This document shows, one piece after another, positions 24,437-36,639 of a DNA stretch of 64,000 bases. The number at the start of each line of letters is the position of its first letter. Positions within the stretch are counted from its first letter, which is position 1. Both the position numbers and the translations under genes were made by a program. A model generated the notes under the pieces. It saw nothing but the letters and a program-made list of their open reading frames with translations. It did no database searches and was not told where the DNA came from. Origin of the DNA: Dictyostelium discoideum (Eukaryota); assembly GCA_000004695.1 (NCBI GenBank), contig CM000150.2, positions 1,888,001 through 1,952,000 of the forward strand, given 5' to 3'.

Positions 24437-26728
24437 TTATGAAAATAACAATAAATTGTTTGAGAATTGGCAAGAGTTAATAGTTAATGAAGAGTATGTT
24501 AAATTCATAAGACCACTTGATTCAATTAAAGAAAGAGAGAAAAAGTCGAGTTGGTTTTTTGCATAATTTGAACAAACATTACAATCTTTAAAATCTATTT
24601 GAGAAGAATTTGAATATAATAAATTTGGTGACTTACTAAAAAGATTTTCATTGATTGTACAATTTGAAAAAGTGATTTCAGAATCAAAAGATGTAATCAA
24701 ACCAGAATTAAAAGTATTATTATTGAAAATTGATGAACTAAAACTAAATACAGTTTCATTAAATATAAATAATGATATTGGAAAATCATCACCAACACCA
24801 CCATAATCTATAGATGAATCTAAAGTGAATGGAAATTTATCATTAACATTTAAAATAATATTATTGGTAAATATGAGATTATTAATTTCACTAGTGGTGC
24901 TAAATAATCGGGGTATTTCACTTAAAAAGAAAAAGTATTGATTTAAATAATTATTTGAAATTATGATATTATTGAACGAGGCATAATAGGCGAGATTTAT
25001 CATTCCAAATACAAATGACAATGGTATTTGATTATCTTTTAGAATGAAATTTGTAACATATATTCTATAGTCATAATGGCTAAAATGAAATGAACCAGAG
25101 TTATTCTGATAGAGAACATCTTGAATTGTAACAAATGATTTCGTTGAATTTATTAATGGTAATAATAAATTCCTCATAAAATTACAAGAATTAATTTTTA
25201 ACATAACATTTGAAGCAACAATAAATGGTGATTGATTAATTCCCACACCTTTATTATCTGTAATTATTGAATTACTTATAAAAGAGTTAAAGAGATACTT
25301 AAAGTTTGATGAAAATTGAAAAAATTCAATTTGACAAAAACAATTGGTCATTATTAAATTATCAATGAAACAATTTGAATCTTGACTAAATAAAATTGGC
25401 CTTTTTCCAAATAATGAATTTGAAATTTTAGAATTTGAAATTGATAAATTTGATTTAAGTAAATGAATTAAAGATGAATCTGGTGTATTAAAATTATCAA
25501 TTAAAATCATAATAATATCTAATGAGGAGTCTGAAAGGTGGAAAAAATCTTGAAAATTTGAATAACTTGAAATAAATTCTGTTTTTTCAATTTTTGAATG
25601 AGACTCAATACTTCTCAAAAAATGTGATGAACTATTTTCAAATTTACTATTATTTAGAAAAAGAGTTGATGATTTTAATGAAAATAAAAACCCATCATTT
25701 TTTAAATTATTTGTAATATATGATGTTGAGTTTAATACAAAATTACTGTTTTCACCATAAATTAAAAAATTTTCTAAACTTGCTTTAATATCAACATTTT
25801 CAAAGAAAACATTTGAATTTATAAATTCCATTGAACCAAGACAATCTAAACTTGAATCTCTTATATTAATTTGTATTGGATGATAATAATTATTATTAGT
25901 ATTACTACTATTAACTAATAGATTTGTTGATTTTTCATGTGGTGGTGATGATGATACTACTGTTGTTGTTGATATAAATTTTGAAAAAATTTCAATTGTA
26001 CTACAAGATGTTTTAAAATTTGAAATATTAATTGGTAAATAATTATTATTTGTATTTTTAATATTAAAAATATGATTATAATCATTGGTTACAACATTAA
26101 TATAATTTAAATCTAAATATAAATTATACCAACCACTTAAATAAAAAAAGTCAGATGAAGTGCATTCAATAAATTTGACTTTTTCAAATTTAATTATACC
26201 AATAGAGAATGAAAAAAGTGATGATCTTATAAAATTACTAATGGTAACATTGTAAAGTGAAACTGTAATTGGATTTATAGTATCACTATTAATAATTCGA
26301 GAACTACCATATTTCGATGAAGATGAAGTTATTAATGTATTTGAAATTGTTAAATTTGAATTTGAAATTGAAAATGTTGAAAATGAATTAAAATGATTAT
26401 TATTATTGTATATGATTTCCGAGTTATTTACAAACATTAAACTATTACTAATGATATCAAAGTAACAATCTATAAATATTGAATTATCAAAATTAATATT
26501 ATTTCCTCCTTTACAACCCAACATTAAAATAGTATCGAATAGTGAATCTTGAACTATGAGTTTAGATTCTTGTAGATTAAATTCCCATTGCTTTCTATTT
26601 ATAAATTTTGATTGATTGATAAAATTAACATTTGACTCCCATATGCTATAAAAAATAAATGCACTATCAAATGCATATAAATTTAAAATACAACCATTAA
26701 AAATTAAATTACTTTTTATTATTAACAT
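24437..26728 (-). CDS. Large Asn/Ser/Ile/Phe-rich repeat protein of at least 763 aa, possibly an extracellular beta-helix or adhesin-like protein. The 5' end is uncertain and may continue through the (AAT)n tract at 26830-26895.
   Basis: It is a long uninterrupted minus-strand ORF with degenerate internal repeats (NxS/T-rich, FxNN...). An in-frame open region continues upstream to about 27120 without an ATG. Confidence 0.5.
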   Translation of the reverse strand: MLIIKSNLIFNGCILNLYAFDSAFIFYSIWESNVNFINQSKFINRKQWEFNLQESKLIVQDSLFDTILMLGCKGGNNINFDNSIFIDCYFDIISNSLMFVNNSEIIYNNNNHFNSFSTFSISNSNLTISNTLITSSSSKYGSSRIINSDTINPITVSLYNVTISNFIRSSLFSFSIGIIKFEKVKFIECTSSDFFYLSGWYNLYLDLNYINVVTNDYNHIFNIKNTNNNYLPINISNFKTSCSTIEIFSKFISTTTVVSSSPPHEKSTNLLVNSSNTNNNYYHPIQINIRDSSLDCLGSMEFINSNVFFENVDIKASLENFLIYGENSNFVLNSTSYITNNLKNDGFLFSLKSSTLFLNNSKFENSSSHFLRSIESHSKIEKTEFISSYSNFQDFFHLSDSSLDIIMILIDNFNTPDSSLIHLLKSNLSISNSKISNSLFGKRPILFSQDSNCFIDNLIMTNCFCQIEFFQFSSNFKYLFNSFISNSIITDNKGVGINQSPFIVASNVMLKINSCNFMRNLLLPLINSTKSFVTIQDVLYQNNSGSFHFSHYDYRIYVTNFILKDNQIPLSFVFGMINLAYYASFNNIIISNNYLNQYFFFLSEIPRLFSTTSEINNLIFTNNIILNVNDKFPFTLDSSIDYGGVGDDFPISLFIFNETVFSFSSSIFNNNTFNSGLITSFDSEITFSNCTINENLFSKSPNLLYSNSSQIDFKDCNVCSNYAKNQLDFFSLSLIESSGLMNLTYSSLTINSCQFSNNLLLFS

Positions 26729-26829
26729 TGTTTCATTTTTAAAATTAAATATTAAATTATTTATTATTATATTTGAATTATTAAAATTTAGATTTATATT
26801 TTCTATTATAGTATTTTGATAATTATTTA

Positions 26830-26897
<68 letters not shown>

Positions 26898-27656
26898 TAT
26901 ATTATTGAGATATTATTTATATTATTTAAAAAAAATGTACAATATGTAGAATTATAAATTCCATATTCTATATTAATTATTATTGGTATTGGTTCGTTTA
27001 AAATTGAATTTAGTTGACAAAGACTTTTAAATGGATTTGTTATTGTTCCATTACCATTGTCATTGGCATTACTATTTATATAATAATTTGTAAATTGTTG
27101 TGATTTTACAATATTATTAATATAAATATTATTAAATAAAAAATAAAATTTGTTGTCATTTAAACATTTAATAATTATATTATATTATATTATTTATATA
27201 AAACTTAAACCAGAGAAAAGTAATTTTTAAATAATTAAAAAAAAAGTAAAAAAAAAAAAAAGTGATTATACATAAGGGGAGTTGCATATAAAATAAAAAA
27301 ATAAAAGTAAAAAAAAAAAGGCGAAAAACCCACAGCGCCACACAAAATTACTTTTCACTACTTTAAAATACAACTGAATTAATTTGAATGAAAATTATTA
27401 ATGGTCCTAATCTGTTACCATTACTACACTTTGAATATTTAATATTATAAACATTGAATATTTAAAAAAGAAAATTTAAATTATTTTTTTTTTTTTAAGG
27501 TAATGTTTTTTTTTTATTAAAATCTAAAATCTCTTTTAGGTTGTTATGTGTTTTTTTTTTTTTTTTTTTTAATTTGGATTGGTTAAAAAAAAAAAAAAAA
27601 AAATATATTTAAAAAAAAAAGTGAAATGAATAAATTTTTTAAAGTTATAAAAAATA

Positions 27657-27748
27657 ATGATAGAGTCCATCGAATATTTATACAATTTTATTTCAAAAAA
27701 TTATTTTAAATTTAAATTTTATTTTTCACCAAGTAAGTAATAATACAT

Positions 27749-27803
<55 letters not shown>

Positions 27804-28434
27804 TTAATTAACAAAAAAAAAAAAAAAAAAAAAAGAATTTAAATTTTGTAAAAAATTAAAGAAAATATTAGAATGGAAAAAAGTAAATATTGAAGAATAT
27901 CCCATTAGAGGAATTTCAAATTTAATATTTGATAATGAAAATGGACCATATGATAATAAGATAGCACTTGTAGTTTGGAATATAAATGAAATGATTCGAA
28001 GAATTAAAATCAATCATCCAATTTTAGGAACTGTTGAATTGATAAAACAAACCATTACCAATTTAATAATAAACAATGGTGGAAATTATTATGACAGATC
28101 AGAGAATTCAATCTTCTTTTTTCAAAACTATCATCAAATGGTAATTTGCTTTACAAATATTTACCTAACTAGACCATGGTTAAGAAAAGAAGTAAACTAT
28201 AATGATTTGGCAAACCTATATTTCATCTCTAAAGGAATTGATAAAAATAATTTAAATGAACCAATTGTTGATTTCCATCCAATTCCATTCTCTTGTTTAT
28301 TAATTAATGATAATAATAATGTTAATAATAATAATAATAATAATAACACTAATAATAATGATAACAACACTATTAATAGTGATGATAACAACTTTACCAA
28401 TAATGATAATAATAAAGAAATTGAAAATGATTAA
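27657..28434 (+). CDS. Hypothetical protein, two exons: 27657..27732 and 27836..28434. Function is unknown.
   Basis: ATG exon MIESIEYLYNFISKNYFKFKFYFSP ends at a GTAAGT donor at 27733. A 103-nt intron consists largely of (TTTA)16 plus A20. An AAAAAG acceptor restores the frame into ORF 27991..28434, which is open upstream to 27836 with no ATG. The C-terminus is Asn/Asp-rich. Confidence 0.45.
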
Positions 28435-28531
28435 AAAGAATAAATTAATTAATTTTAAAAATTAAAAAAATAAAAAAATAAAAAAAAAAATTTAAATCCA
28501 AAAAGCAACACATCCCCTCTTTGTATTTAAA

Positions 28532-28562
<31 letters not shown>

Positions 28563-28624
28563 GCATATCTTCATTTAAAATTTTTTTTTTTTTTTTTCAT
28601 TTTTTTTTTTATTAAATTATAACA

Positions 28625-28631
28625 ATGGCTG

Positions 28632-28682
<51 letters not shown>

Positions 28683-28903
28683 GTTCAGCAGTTGAATCAA
28701 TAATAGAAAGTTTTAACAATGTATCATTAGTTGAAAAATGTTGGGTTGATGCATTACCAATATTAAAAGAAGCTTCAAATGATATGTACTTGGGTCAATT
28801 AATTCATTCAAATGATTTTCAATTAGAATCTGCAACACATTCTTTAGAAGTAAGTTTATTTATATACATATAAACAAATAGTTACAAATAATAATATTAA
28901 TAA

Positions 28904-28935
<32 letters not shown>

Positions 28936-29466
28936 GGATAATGAATCCAAAATTAGATACTAGAGCAAAAGGTGAACATTTTTATATGCCAGAACAATTA
29001 TTTGATAAAGGATCAATACCAAAGGATTCAACATTAGATAGAAAACAAATTATAAAGATAATTGATCGTTTAGTTGGTTTAGAGATATCATGGATAGAAG
29101 GAGAATCATTACCAATGACATTATTCTCTTGTATGTATTTACATTTTCCACAAAGATTAGAGAATCAAATGTTTTCAACCTACGTTAATTCATTATTGGC
29201 AACTTGTGATGCAATTAATCAAATCATTAGTCGTGGTGATGTATGTTGTGAAGAGGATTTCAATCTATCAGATTTCAATCTAACTTTATTATATCCTGCA
29301 AATCAACATATGGTTGTAAATATTAGACAATTGGAAGAACTAATAGATCAATTAGATCAACAAATTACAACTGAAAAATCAAAACCAATAAAAGATTTAG
29401 ATGAACTTAAAATTTTAGTTTCATTATATAATAGAATTTTATTTAGAAAAGTAAGTTTTAATAATC

Positions 29467-29497
<31 letters not shown>

Positions 29498-30642
29498 CAT
29501 TTATTAACTTTATATATATATTTAAAAAAAAAAAAAGTTATTTTATATTATTATATTTTCATTATCAGTTTCAAATTTAGTTTTAGCGATTAAATCAATT
29601 AAAGAGATATTACCAGTTATTGAATTTTTAAAGAATGATGGATATAGTAATAGGGATGATATTATTGTACCAACTGAAATTTTTAATGGTGCTTTAGTTT
29701 CAAAATTATATTCATCAGTTGGTGCTGTTTCTCAAGAGAAAACATATACAGCTGCAATTAGTTCATTTGAAAAATTATTTAATGATTTTCAAACTTTATT
29801 TAAAATGCCTCATTTATTAGATTCAACAATTCAAAGACAACAATTATTACAATTACATCAACAACAGCAACAACATCAACAACAACAACAAAATATAACA
29901 ACAGATCAAGATAATAATAATAATAATAATAATAATGAAACAACAGCAGCACCAGTAGTTTCAGGTAAAAATAAATCAAAAGTTGAAAAAAGTGAATCAA
30001 TTAAAATTGGTGCAATTTTAGATTATCATTTTTATTTTAGTAGACCATCACCAAATATTGTTACAAGATCAGTATTAAGAGTAAATTATCTCATATATAT
30101 ATATATCATATAAATTTAAAGTATATTAATATTTTATTTTTATTTTATAGAGATTATTATTTCCATTACCATTAGGACAATTTTTTAAAAATGATACAAT
30201 TGAAGAATCATTAATTGAATGGATGCATGAATTTGGTATACCAATGGATAAATTAGTAAATAGAGAGAAAGAGGGTGTACCAATGTTTATAGATACAGTA
30301 TCAAAAGTTATTCAAAAATTATTTGTTCATATGGCATTGAATAGAGCAAGACAAAGAAGAAAATTAAAGGTATCATTATTTGAATTATCATTATTACAAA
30401 ATGAAGCAGATATATTGGATACAAAGATTGCAAAAGAACCAACAAACGTTTCAATTTATTTTGGTTCTTTTATATTTCACTTAAAATTAAGAGTTATGCA
30501 ACATTATCTTTTCTTAGGTTTTGAATTAGATATCTATTCATATCATGAATTTCCAAGTGTTTATTATTATTTAGATTATTTTTATAATATTCAATCAAAT
30601 GTTTCAAATTATGTTTATAAATTAAATTATAATAATAATATA

Positions 30643-30673
<31 letters not shown>

Positions 30674-31356
30674 GTAGTAGTAATAGTAGTCAACAACAGC
30701 AACAGCAACAGCAATCAAATAAAAAAAATAAAAATAAAAATAAAAATAAAAATACACAATCAAATAATAATAATAATAATAATAATATACAACAACAACA
30801 ACAACAACAAGCACCACCACCACCACCACCAACAATTGAAAGAACATTATTAGTTGCATATCATACTGCTGTAAGAGCAATGTTTAGATTTTTAGTAGTA
30901 TTGAAACAAAATGGTAAAATTGTTGACCCAGTTTGTGATTTTGGTAATGATGATCTTAGATTTATGAAAAAGTTTGAACCATTTTTCAATCCACCTTATC
31001 AACAACCTGAACCATTGACAAATGAAATTTGTAAGAATTCAACAAAAACTAATGAACCTTGGATATCTTTAGTGATTACAACTTTGGATATATTAAAACA
31101 AAGTAAATCCGCTATAGATGTATTACTATTACCAGAATCTAAATTTAATGTTCCAATTCCTTTCTACCAAGTCGAGGAAGCAAAACAATTACAACGTTCA
31201 ATTCTTTCAATGCGTTTACAAATTCAAAAGTTATTACCATCATTTGATCTATCAAAATTAACAATTGAAAAAGTTTTAGCATTACCAATTCCTAAATTTT
31301 CTGTTCAAATCGAAACAAAACCTTATTTCCCAAATATTAATATTAAATTAGATTAA
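28625..31356 (+). CDS. N-alpha-acetyltransferase 35 (NatC auxiliary subunit, MAK10 family), four exons: 28625..28849, about 28939..29450, 29538..30080 and 30151..31356.
   Basis: WVDALPILKEASNDMYLGQLIHSNDFQLESATHSLE aligns to human NAA35 [47 protein letters not shown] aligns to MMDPKMDAG. LPMTLFSCMYLH aligns to LAQTVFTCLYIH. QHYLFLGFELDIYSYHEF aligns to IQYLLSGFELELYSMHEY. LNRARQRRKL aligns to HNRARQRDKL. Donors are GTAAGT at 28850, GTAAGT at 29451 and GTAAAT at 30081. The exon 1/2 junction cannot be closed in frame with canonical sites (see findings). Confidence 0.75.
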
Positions 31357-31913
31357 AAAAAAAAAATTAAAAAAAAAAAAAATTAAAAAAACTATTTATA
31401 GAAAAAAAAAAAAAAAAAATTAAATAAAATAAAATAAAATAAAAATGAATAAAAAAAATGAAAAATCATATTTTATTATCTCTTTTTTTTTTTTTTTTTT
31501 TTTTTTTGGTATTATTTTTTTAAAAAGATATTTTCCCATTTTTTTTTTCGTCCATCCATTAAAATAAAAAACGTTAAAAACCACCTGGCTAAAATTTTTT
31601 TTTTTTTTTTTTTATTTTTTTTTATTTTTTTTTTTTTTTTGATAACTTTTCAAAATTTTTTTTTTAATACACCACTTATCCCACTCGCACTATCTCTGGG
31701 GAATAATTTTTATTCATAATCTTTTTTATTGAATACATTTAAATTAAATTCAGACTTTTTATTTTTATATTTTTTTTTTATGTTTGTTTATTAAAAAAAA
31801 AAAAAAAAAAAAGTAAAAAAAAATAAAAAATAAAAAAATAAAAAAAAAAATAAACAAATAAATAAATAAATAAAAATAAATAAAAAAATAAAAAAATATA
31901 TTGGGCCAAAAGG

Positions 31914-31960
<47 letters not shown>

Positions 31961-31973
31961 ACATAATATAAAA

Positions 31974-34900
31974 ATGACAACAAGAATAAATAATAATAGG
32001 AGTTCTTCACCGTCATTAAATAATCTAAGTCATCATAATAGTCATCATCTTAAAAAACCATCATCAATATTATCATCATCATCTTCATCATCACCATCTT
32101 TATTACCAAAAAATAATAATGATAATAATAATAATAATAATAATGATGGAGCAAATAAAATAAATAATAATAATAATAATAATAATGAAGAGAATAGTGG
32201 TAGTGGTAGTGGTAGTTCCCATAGTGGTAATATACCAATTGTAATATTAAAGAAAACTCCATTAGTTAAGAATGGTATTGAACTTGATTTTTCAGGTAAA
32301 GCAAGTAAAGAAGGTATTTTTTCATTATGGAGTAATGCATTAGAAAAAAAGAAATTAAATTATACATCAAAAGAAATGTCAATTTTAATTGAACCACCAG
32401 ATTCATCAACATTTTTAATTAATTCACCATTATTAAATAGTTCTGCAAATGGTTCAAAAATAAAATCATCAACAGCAACAACAAGACAATCCCAACAGCC
32501 ATTAGCACAACAAGAAGAGAATTCAACTTTATTCGAATTAACTCATCATTGTATATTCTTTCCAATTAATAGTAACAGTTTAATAATTAAAAAAGATATT
32601 GTCACAACAATGAATTATTATTTTTGTCAAATTATTAAAGAATCATCAACAAGTATTAAAATTATAATTAAAACATTATTTGAAGTATTTGGATTTTATT
32701 TAGATTTAGCTAGAAAATTAGAAGAGGATGAAAATAATGATTTAAGTAGTAATAGCAACACCAATAATGCCAATAGTAGTAATAGCAATAAAACAATGAT
32801 TTATTTAATAAATTCATTAGATAAATTAATTCAAGATAGTTTATTCACAAAATTTAGAGATCCAACAAATGAATTTCAATTATCATCAATTCAAAGATTA
32901 TTTATAAATATATTGACCGATCAATTGAAATCAATTAAAAATCAGTCAATGACAAGTATGATTTTTAATGATTGTATACAAAAATTTAATTTCATTTTAT
33001 CAATTGTAATTGAAAAAGTTGAACAATATAAAAACTCGGAAATAATTAAACAATCATTACGTTTAGATAAATATTTAGAGAAAACTTTATTTTTAAAATG
33101 TAAACATCTTTCAAGTAGAGAATACTTTTTAGCTCAATTAAAATTTAGAAAATTTTCAATTGATTATAATCAATATTATAAATCATTAACAAATTTTCAA
33201 CAATGGAAAAAACAAGAAGAATTAACAATTCAAAAATTATCACAACAAACACTTCAAAGAGATGAATATTTAAAAACTGTTTGGGGTATTAATAGTAGTG
33301 GTGGTAGTAGTAGTAGTAAAAATAATAAAAATTTTGATAATTCACCAATTGGTGTTATTGTAATTAAAGTGGTTTCAGCACGTGATTTAATTCAAAAAGA
33401 ATCACAATCAATTAAACCTGAATCATTTGTTGAAGTAGAATTCATTTCAAATTCATCAAAAGATTTTAATAAAAAGAAAAGAACTAAAAAAATTAATAGT
33501 TTAAATCCAATTTGGAAAGAACATTTTAGTTTTCAAATTACAAAACAACAATTAAATGATGAAATTGAATTAACAATTTGGGATTCATCAACATCATCAT
33601 CAACATCATCATCATCATCATCATCATCATCTTTATCAACTGATAAATTTAATTTTCAAGGTAAATGTAAATTTATAGTTAAAGATTTAATGATTTATTT
33701 AAAAAGAGAAGTTAATTGGTATCCACTTCAAAAAAGAACATCAAGAAGTAAAGTTAGTGGTGATTTAAAATTACAATTTAATTATTTACCATATCCAGAA
33801 GCATCACCTGATAAAGTTATAAATTATGTTTATTATTTACAAATATTATTAGATAAATTAATTGAAATTGATTCAAATTCAAATTTTAATCCAATTAATT
33901 TAAATAATGATGATTTAAATAATAATGGTAGTAGTAATAGTAGTGGTAGTAGTAGTGGTGGTAATATATCACCAATATTAAAAAAACAACAACAACAACA
34001 ACAACAACCAATAATTTTATCAAATCAATCAAATTTATTATTAAAAGAATTTTGTGAAAGATATGGTATAATGGAACATACTTTAAAATTATTTTATATG
34101 AAAAGATTAGTAGTTTCAACTATAAAATATTTATCATTAGAATATATTCCAGAGATTAGATTAATTTTAAAGAATACATTAGAGATAAAATTTGGTGAGA
34201 TTGGTTTAACACAAGAAGAGGATGAAATATTAAAAGAATCAGTTTCAGCACTTTCACAAGCTTGTAAAAGTTGGATTTCACATTATCATTCAGTTTTTCC
34301 ATTAAATCAACCCGCTGGTTCCCTAAGAATGTTAATCGATATTTATTATCTTTTAAAGAATTCTGAATTATCAATTTTACCACCATTACAAGATTTAATT
34401 AAAGAAACTTATTTAAATCGTTATAAACAAGCAATTATAATGTCAAATGATATTGGTAAATTAAATAGTTCAATTATTGTACCATCTGTAAAATTAAATC
34501 AACAACAACAACAACAACAACAACAACAAAAACAAGAAGATATTATTGATACAAAAGCATCAAAATTAATTAGAATTTGTGATATTTTATTATACAATTT
34601 AGAAATTGATAAAAAATATTTTTCAAGAGAATTTCCAAATGATTCACCAATTTTATTAATTTCAATTGAAGTTTATACAAATGAAATTTCAAAAGAGATT
34701 GATGAACTTTTAGAAAAAGGTTCAAATAGTTCAAATGAATTACAAGATTTCTTTCAACTTTATTTGAAATTAAAAGAGACAATGACTAAATTTAAAGAGA
34801 TTTATCCAAAGTTAGTATTGTTACCAATTCCAATTTTATTTAAACAAGTAATTATGCAATGGACTTTATTTTGTGCAGATCAATTGAAACAAGTTATAGA

Positions 34901-36218
34901 TAGATTATGTACCAATGAAAAATGGACACCTGTATCCTCTGATACTTTACATTCTGCTTCTGTTGGTGAGGTGATTTTAGGTTGTTATCATGCATTGGAT
35001 GTTATTAAAAGTTTGAGATGGGAAGATTTAATTAGGGATGATTATCATAAGAATAGTCATCATTCTCTATTTGAAATATTTGCAAATTTTACAATGGTGG
35101 TATCGGAATCTGTAATTTACTATACAAAGGTTATTAAAGATTTAAGTTTATCTGCATTGGATCAAGCTGCTGATGATATTTTCAAATTATCTGAATCTTA
35201 TTCTCAAGGTTTAGAACAAACCATTCAAAAGGTGTCATTACGTTTTAATAATATTCAAGCTTGTATTGGTCATGCTGAAGATTTAATTCAAGTGTTGATT
35301 AGAATCATGTCATCATATAAACTTTCAACAACAATCGTCAATGAAATGGCAACAAATACCTACAAGGCAATTAGCGCCAATGTTAGGACATTGGTTGATA
35401 GGATCTATGATAGGCTATCACCTGTGATTCAAGGTGAAATCTATAAAATCATTGGTATAGAATTAGATGATGGAAAGAATAAAAATAACATTGTTTTGGA
35501 TTTCTTTCAAAAGATTGAAAAAGGCTTTGAAGATGTTAAAACTAAAACAAGTTCTGCTGTGGGTGCTGCTGTTGGTAATTCTGAACTATATTACCTAAAC
35601 CAAGATAAATTACCAATCACCGTCAGATTAGAACCACTATTGAATTATATTGCTTCAAAATTAAAATTATTCTCTCAATATCTTTATTATCCATTGACAA
35701 AGTTATTGTTGAAAAGATGTTTCTATGGAATAATGCACGAGATTGAAGTCATTGTTTTCCCATCAAATAAAAAGTTGGTGTTGACAATGAATCAATTGGA
35801 TAAAATTGAAGCATTAATTAAAACTTTTAGTGAATTCTTTTTGGTTGATGGTGAAGGTTTATCTCAAAAAGCAATCGATAAACAATCTCAGGGTTTCATG
35901 ATTATAGTTTTGGCTTACAGAGAGGCTCTCAATAGTGGTGTTCATGATTTCGATCCATTAGGTTTAAAAATGGCTTTAAGAAATATTAATTTTACAAACT
36001 TAAAACCAGATTTAACTTATTTAAAGAAATTAAATATCAATCTAAAAGAAATTCCAAAACAATTGGATGTTTTCTCTCTCATTAAGAAATCTGTAGAAAA
36101 AAGACAAGAAGATAAAAAGAAAAGAGATGAATTAAGAAAACAAAGAAAATTAAATAAGAGTATTGGTTATTTAAATGAAAATCAACAATCTCAGAAATTT
36201 GATCCACCACCAAATTAA
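31974..36218 (+). CDS. Large C2-domain protein (1414 aa) with Munc13-homology (MUN/MHD)-like regions, of the Unc13/BAIAP3/CAPS type. Single exon.
   Basis: One uninterrupted ORF. The C2 domain is at about aa 450-560 (IGVIVIKVVSARDL...LNPIWKEHFSFQI...ELTIWDSS). Long helical regions follow, with MHD-like blocks (MLIDIYYLLKNSELS..., QLYLKLKETMTKFKEIYPKLVL...). There are N-terminal poly-Ser/Asn tracts and a K/R-rich C-terminus. The MUN call is from memory of the family, not from an alignment. Confidence 0.55.
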   Translation: MTTRINNNRSSSPSLNNLSHHNSHHLKKPSSILSSSSSSSPSLLPKNNNDNNNNNNNDGANKINNNNNNNNEENSGSGSGSSHSGNIPIVILKKTPLVKNGIELDFSGKASKEGIFSLWSNALEKKKLNYTSKEMSILIEPPDSSTFLINSPLLNSSANGSKIKSSTATTRQSQQPLAQQEENSTLFELTHHCIFFPINSNSLIIKKDIVTTMNYYFCQIIKESSTSIKIIIKTLFEVFGFYLDLARKLEEDENNDLSSNSNTNNANSSNSNKTMIYLINSLDKLIQDSLFTKFRDPTNEFQLSSIQRLFINILTDQLKSIKNQSMTSMIFNDCIQKFNFILSIVIEKVEQYKNSEIIKQSLRLDKYLEKTLFLKCKHLSSREYFLAQLKFRKFSIDYNQYYKSLTNFQQWKKQEELTIQKLSQQTLQRDEYLKTVWGINSSGGSSSSKNNKNFDNSPIGVIVIKVVSARDLIQKESQSIKPESFVEVEFISNSSKDFNKKKRTKKINSLNPIWKEHFSFQITKQQLNDEIELTIWDSSTSSSTSSSSSSSSSLSTDKFNFQGKCKFIVKDLMIYLKREVNWYPLQKRTSRSKVSGDLKLQFNYLPYPEASPDKVINYVYYLQILLDKLIEIDSNSNFNPINLNNDDLNNNGSSNSSGSSSGGNISPILKKQQQQQQQPIILSNQSNLLLKEFCERYGIMEHTLKLFYMKRLVVSTIKYLSLEYIPEIRLILKNTLEIKFGEIGLTQEEDEILKESVSALSQACKSWISHYHSVFPLNQPAGSLRMLIDIYYLLKNSELSILPPLQDLIKETYLNRYKQAIIMSNDIGKLNSSIIVPSVKLNQQQQQQQQQQKQEDIIDTKASKLIRICDILLYNLEIDKKYFSREFPNDSPILLISIEVYTNEISKEIDELLEKGSNSSNELQDFFQLYLKLKETMTKFKEIYPKLVLLPIPILFKQVIMQWTLFCADQLKQVIDRLCTNEKWTPVSSDTLHSASVGEVILGCYHALDVIKSLRWEDLIRDDYHKNSHHSLFEIFANFTMVVSESVIYYTKVIKDLSLSALDQAADDIFKLSESYSQGLEQTIQKVSLRFNNIQACIGHAEDLIQVLIRIMSSYKLSTTIVNEMATNTYKAISANVRTLVDRIYDRLSPVIQGEIYKIIGIELDDGKNKNNIVLDFFQKIEKGFEDVKTKTSSAVGAAVGNSELYYLNQDKLPITVRLEPLLNYIASKLKLFSQYLYYPLTKLLLKRCFYGIMHEIEVIVFPSNKKLVLTMNQLDKIEALIKTFSEFFLVDGEGLSQKAIDKQSQGFMIIVLAYREALNSGVHDFDPLGLKMALRNINFTNLKPDLTYLKKLNINLKEIPKQLDVFSLIKKSVEKRQEDKKKRDELRKQRKLNKSIGYLNENQQSQKFDPPPN

Positions 36219-36639
36219 TACAAAAAAAAAAATATATATATAATAAAACAAAGTAATCTTGATTAAATTAATCAAAATCTTAGAAAAATAAAATAATCAT
36301 TATAATGATTTAAAAATAGATTAAATAATAGTTTTTTTTTTTTTTTTATTAAATTAAAAATCACCAGCTCTTGTAAAAGAGACAAAAGTTTGTGTTATCA
36401 ATAATTTAGTAATATTTATTAGTTTTTTTCTAAAATAAAAAAAAATAAAAAAAAAAAAAAAAATAATTAACTTCTTCTTTCTTTCTTTTTATTTTTTAGG
36501 ATTAATTCCACAATTAAAATCTTTAGTTTATTATAAAAATTTACCAACTCATTCACATCTTGATTTTGTATGTATTTTTTTTTTTTAAAAAAACCTATCT
36601 CCAAAAAAAAAAAAATTATTTTTTAAAATTAAAGAATTT

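Noticed and set aside
30081-30150. A possible read-through of NAA35 exon 3 into RVNYLIYIYII-stop.
   Set aside because: A GTAAAT donor and a TTATAG acceptor restore the frame into the conserved LFPLPLGQFF... block. Splicing is the better model.
31765-32016. Minus-strand poly-Phe ORFs upstream of the C2 gene.
   Set aside because: They are a translation of the A-rich promoter region of the 31974 gene.
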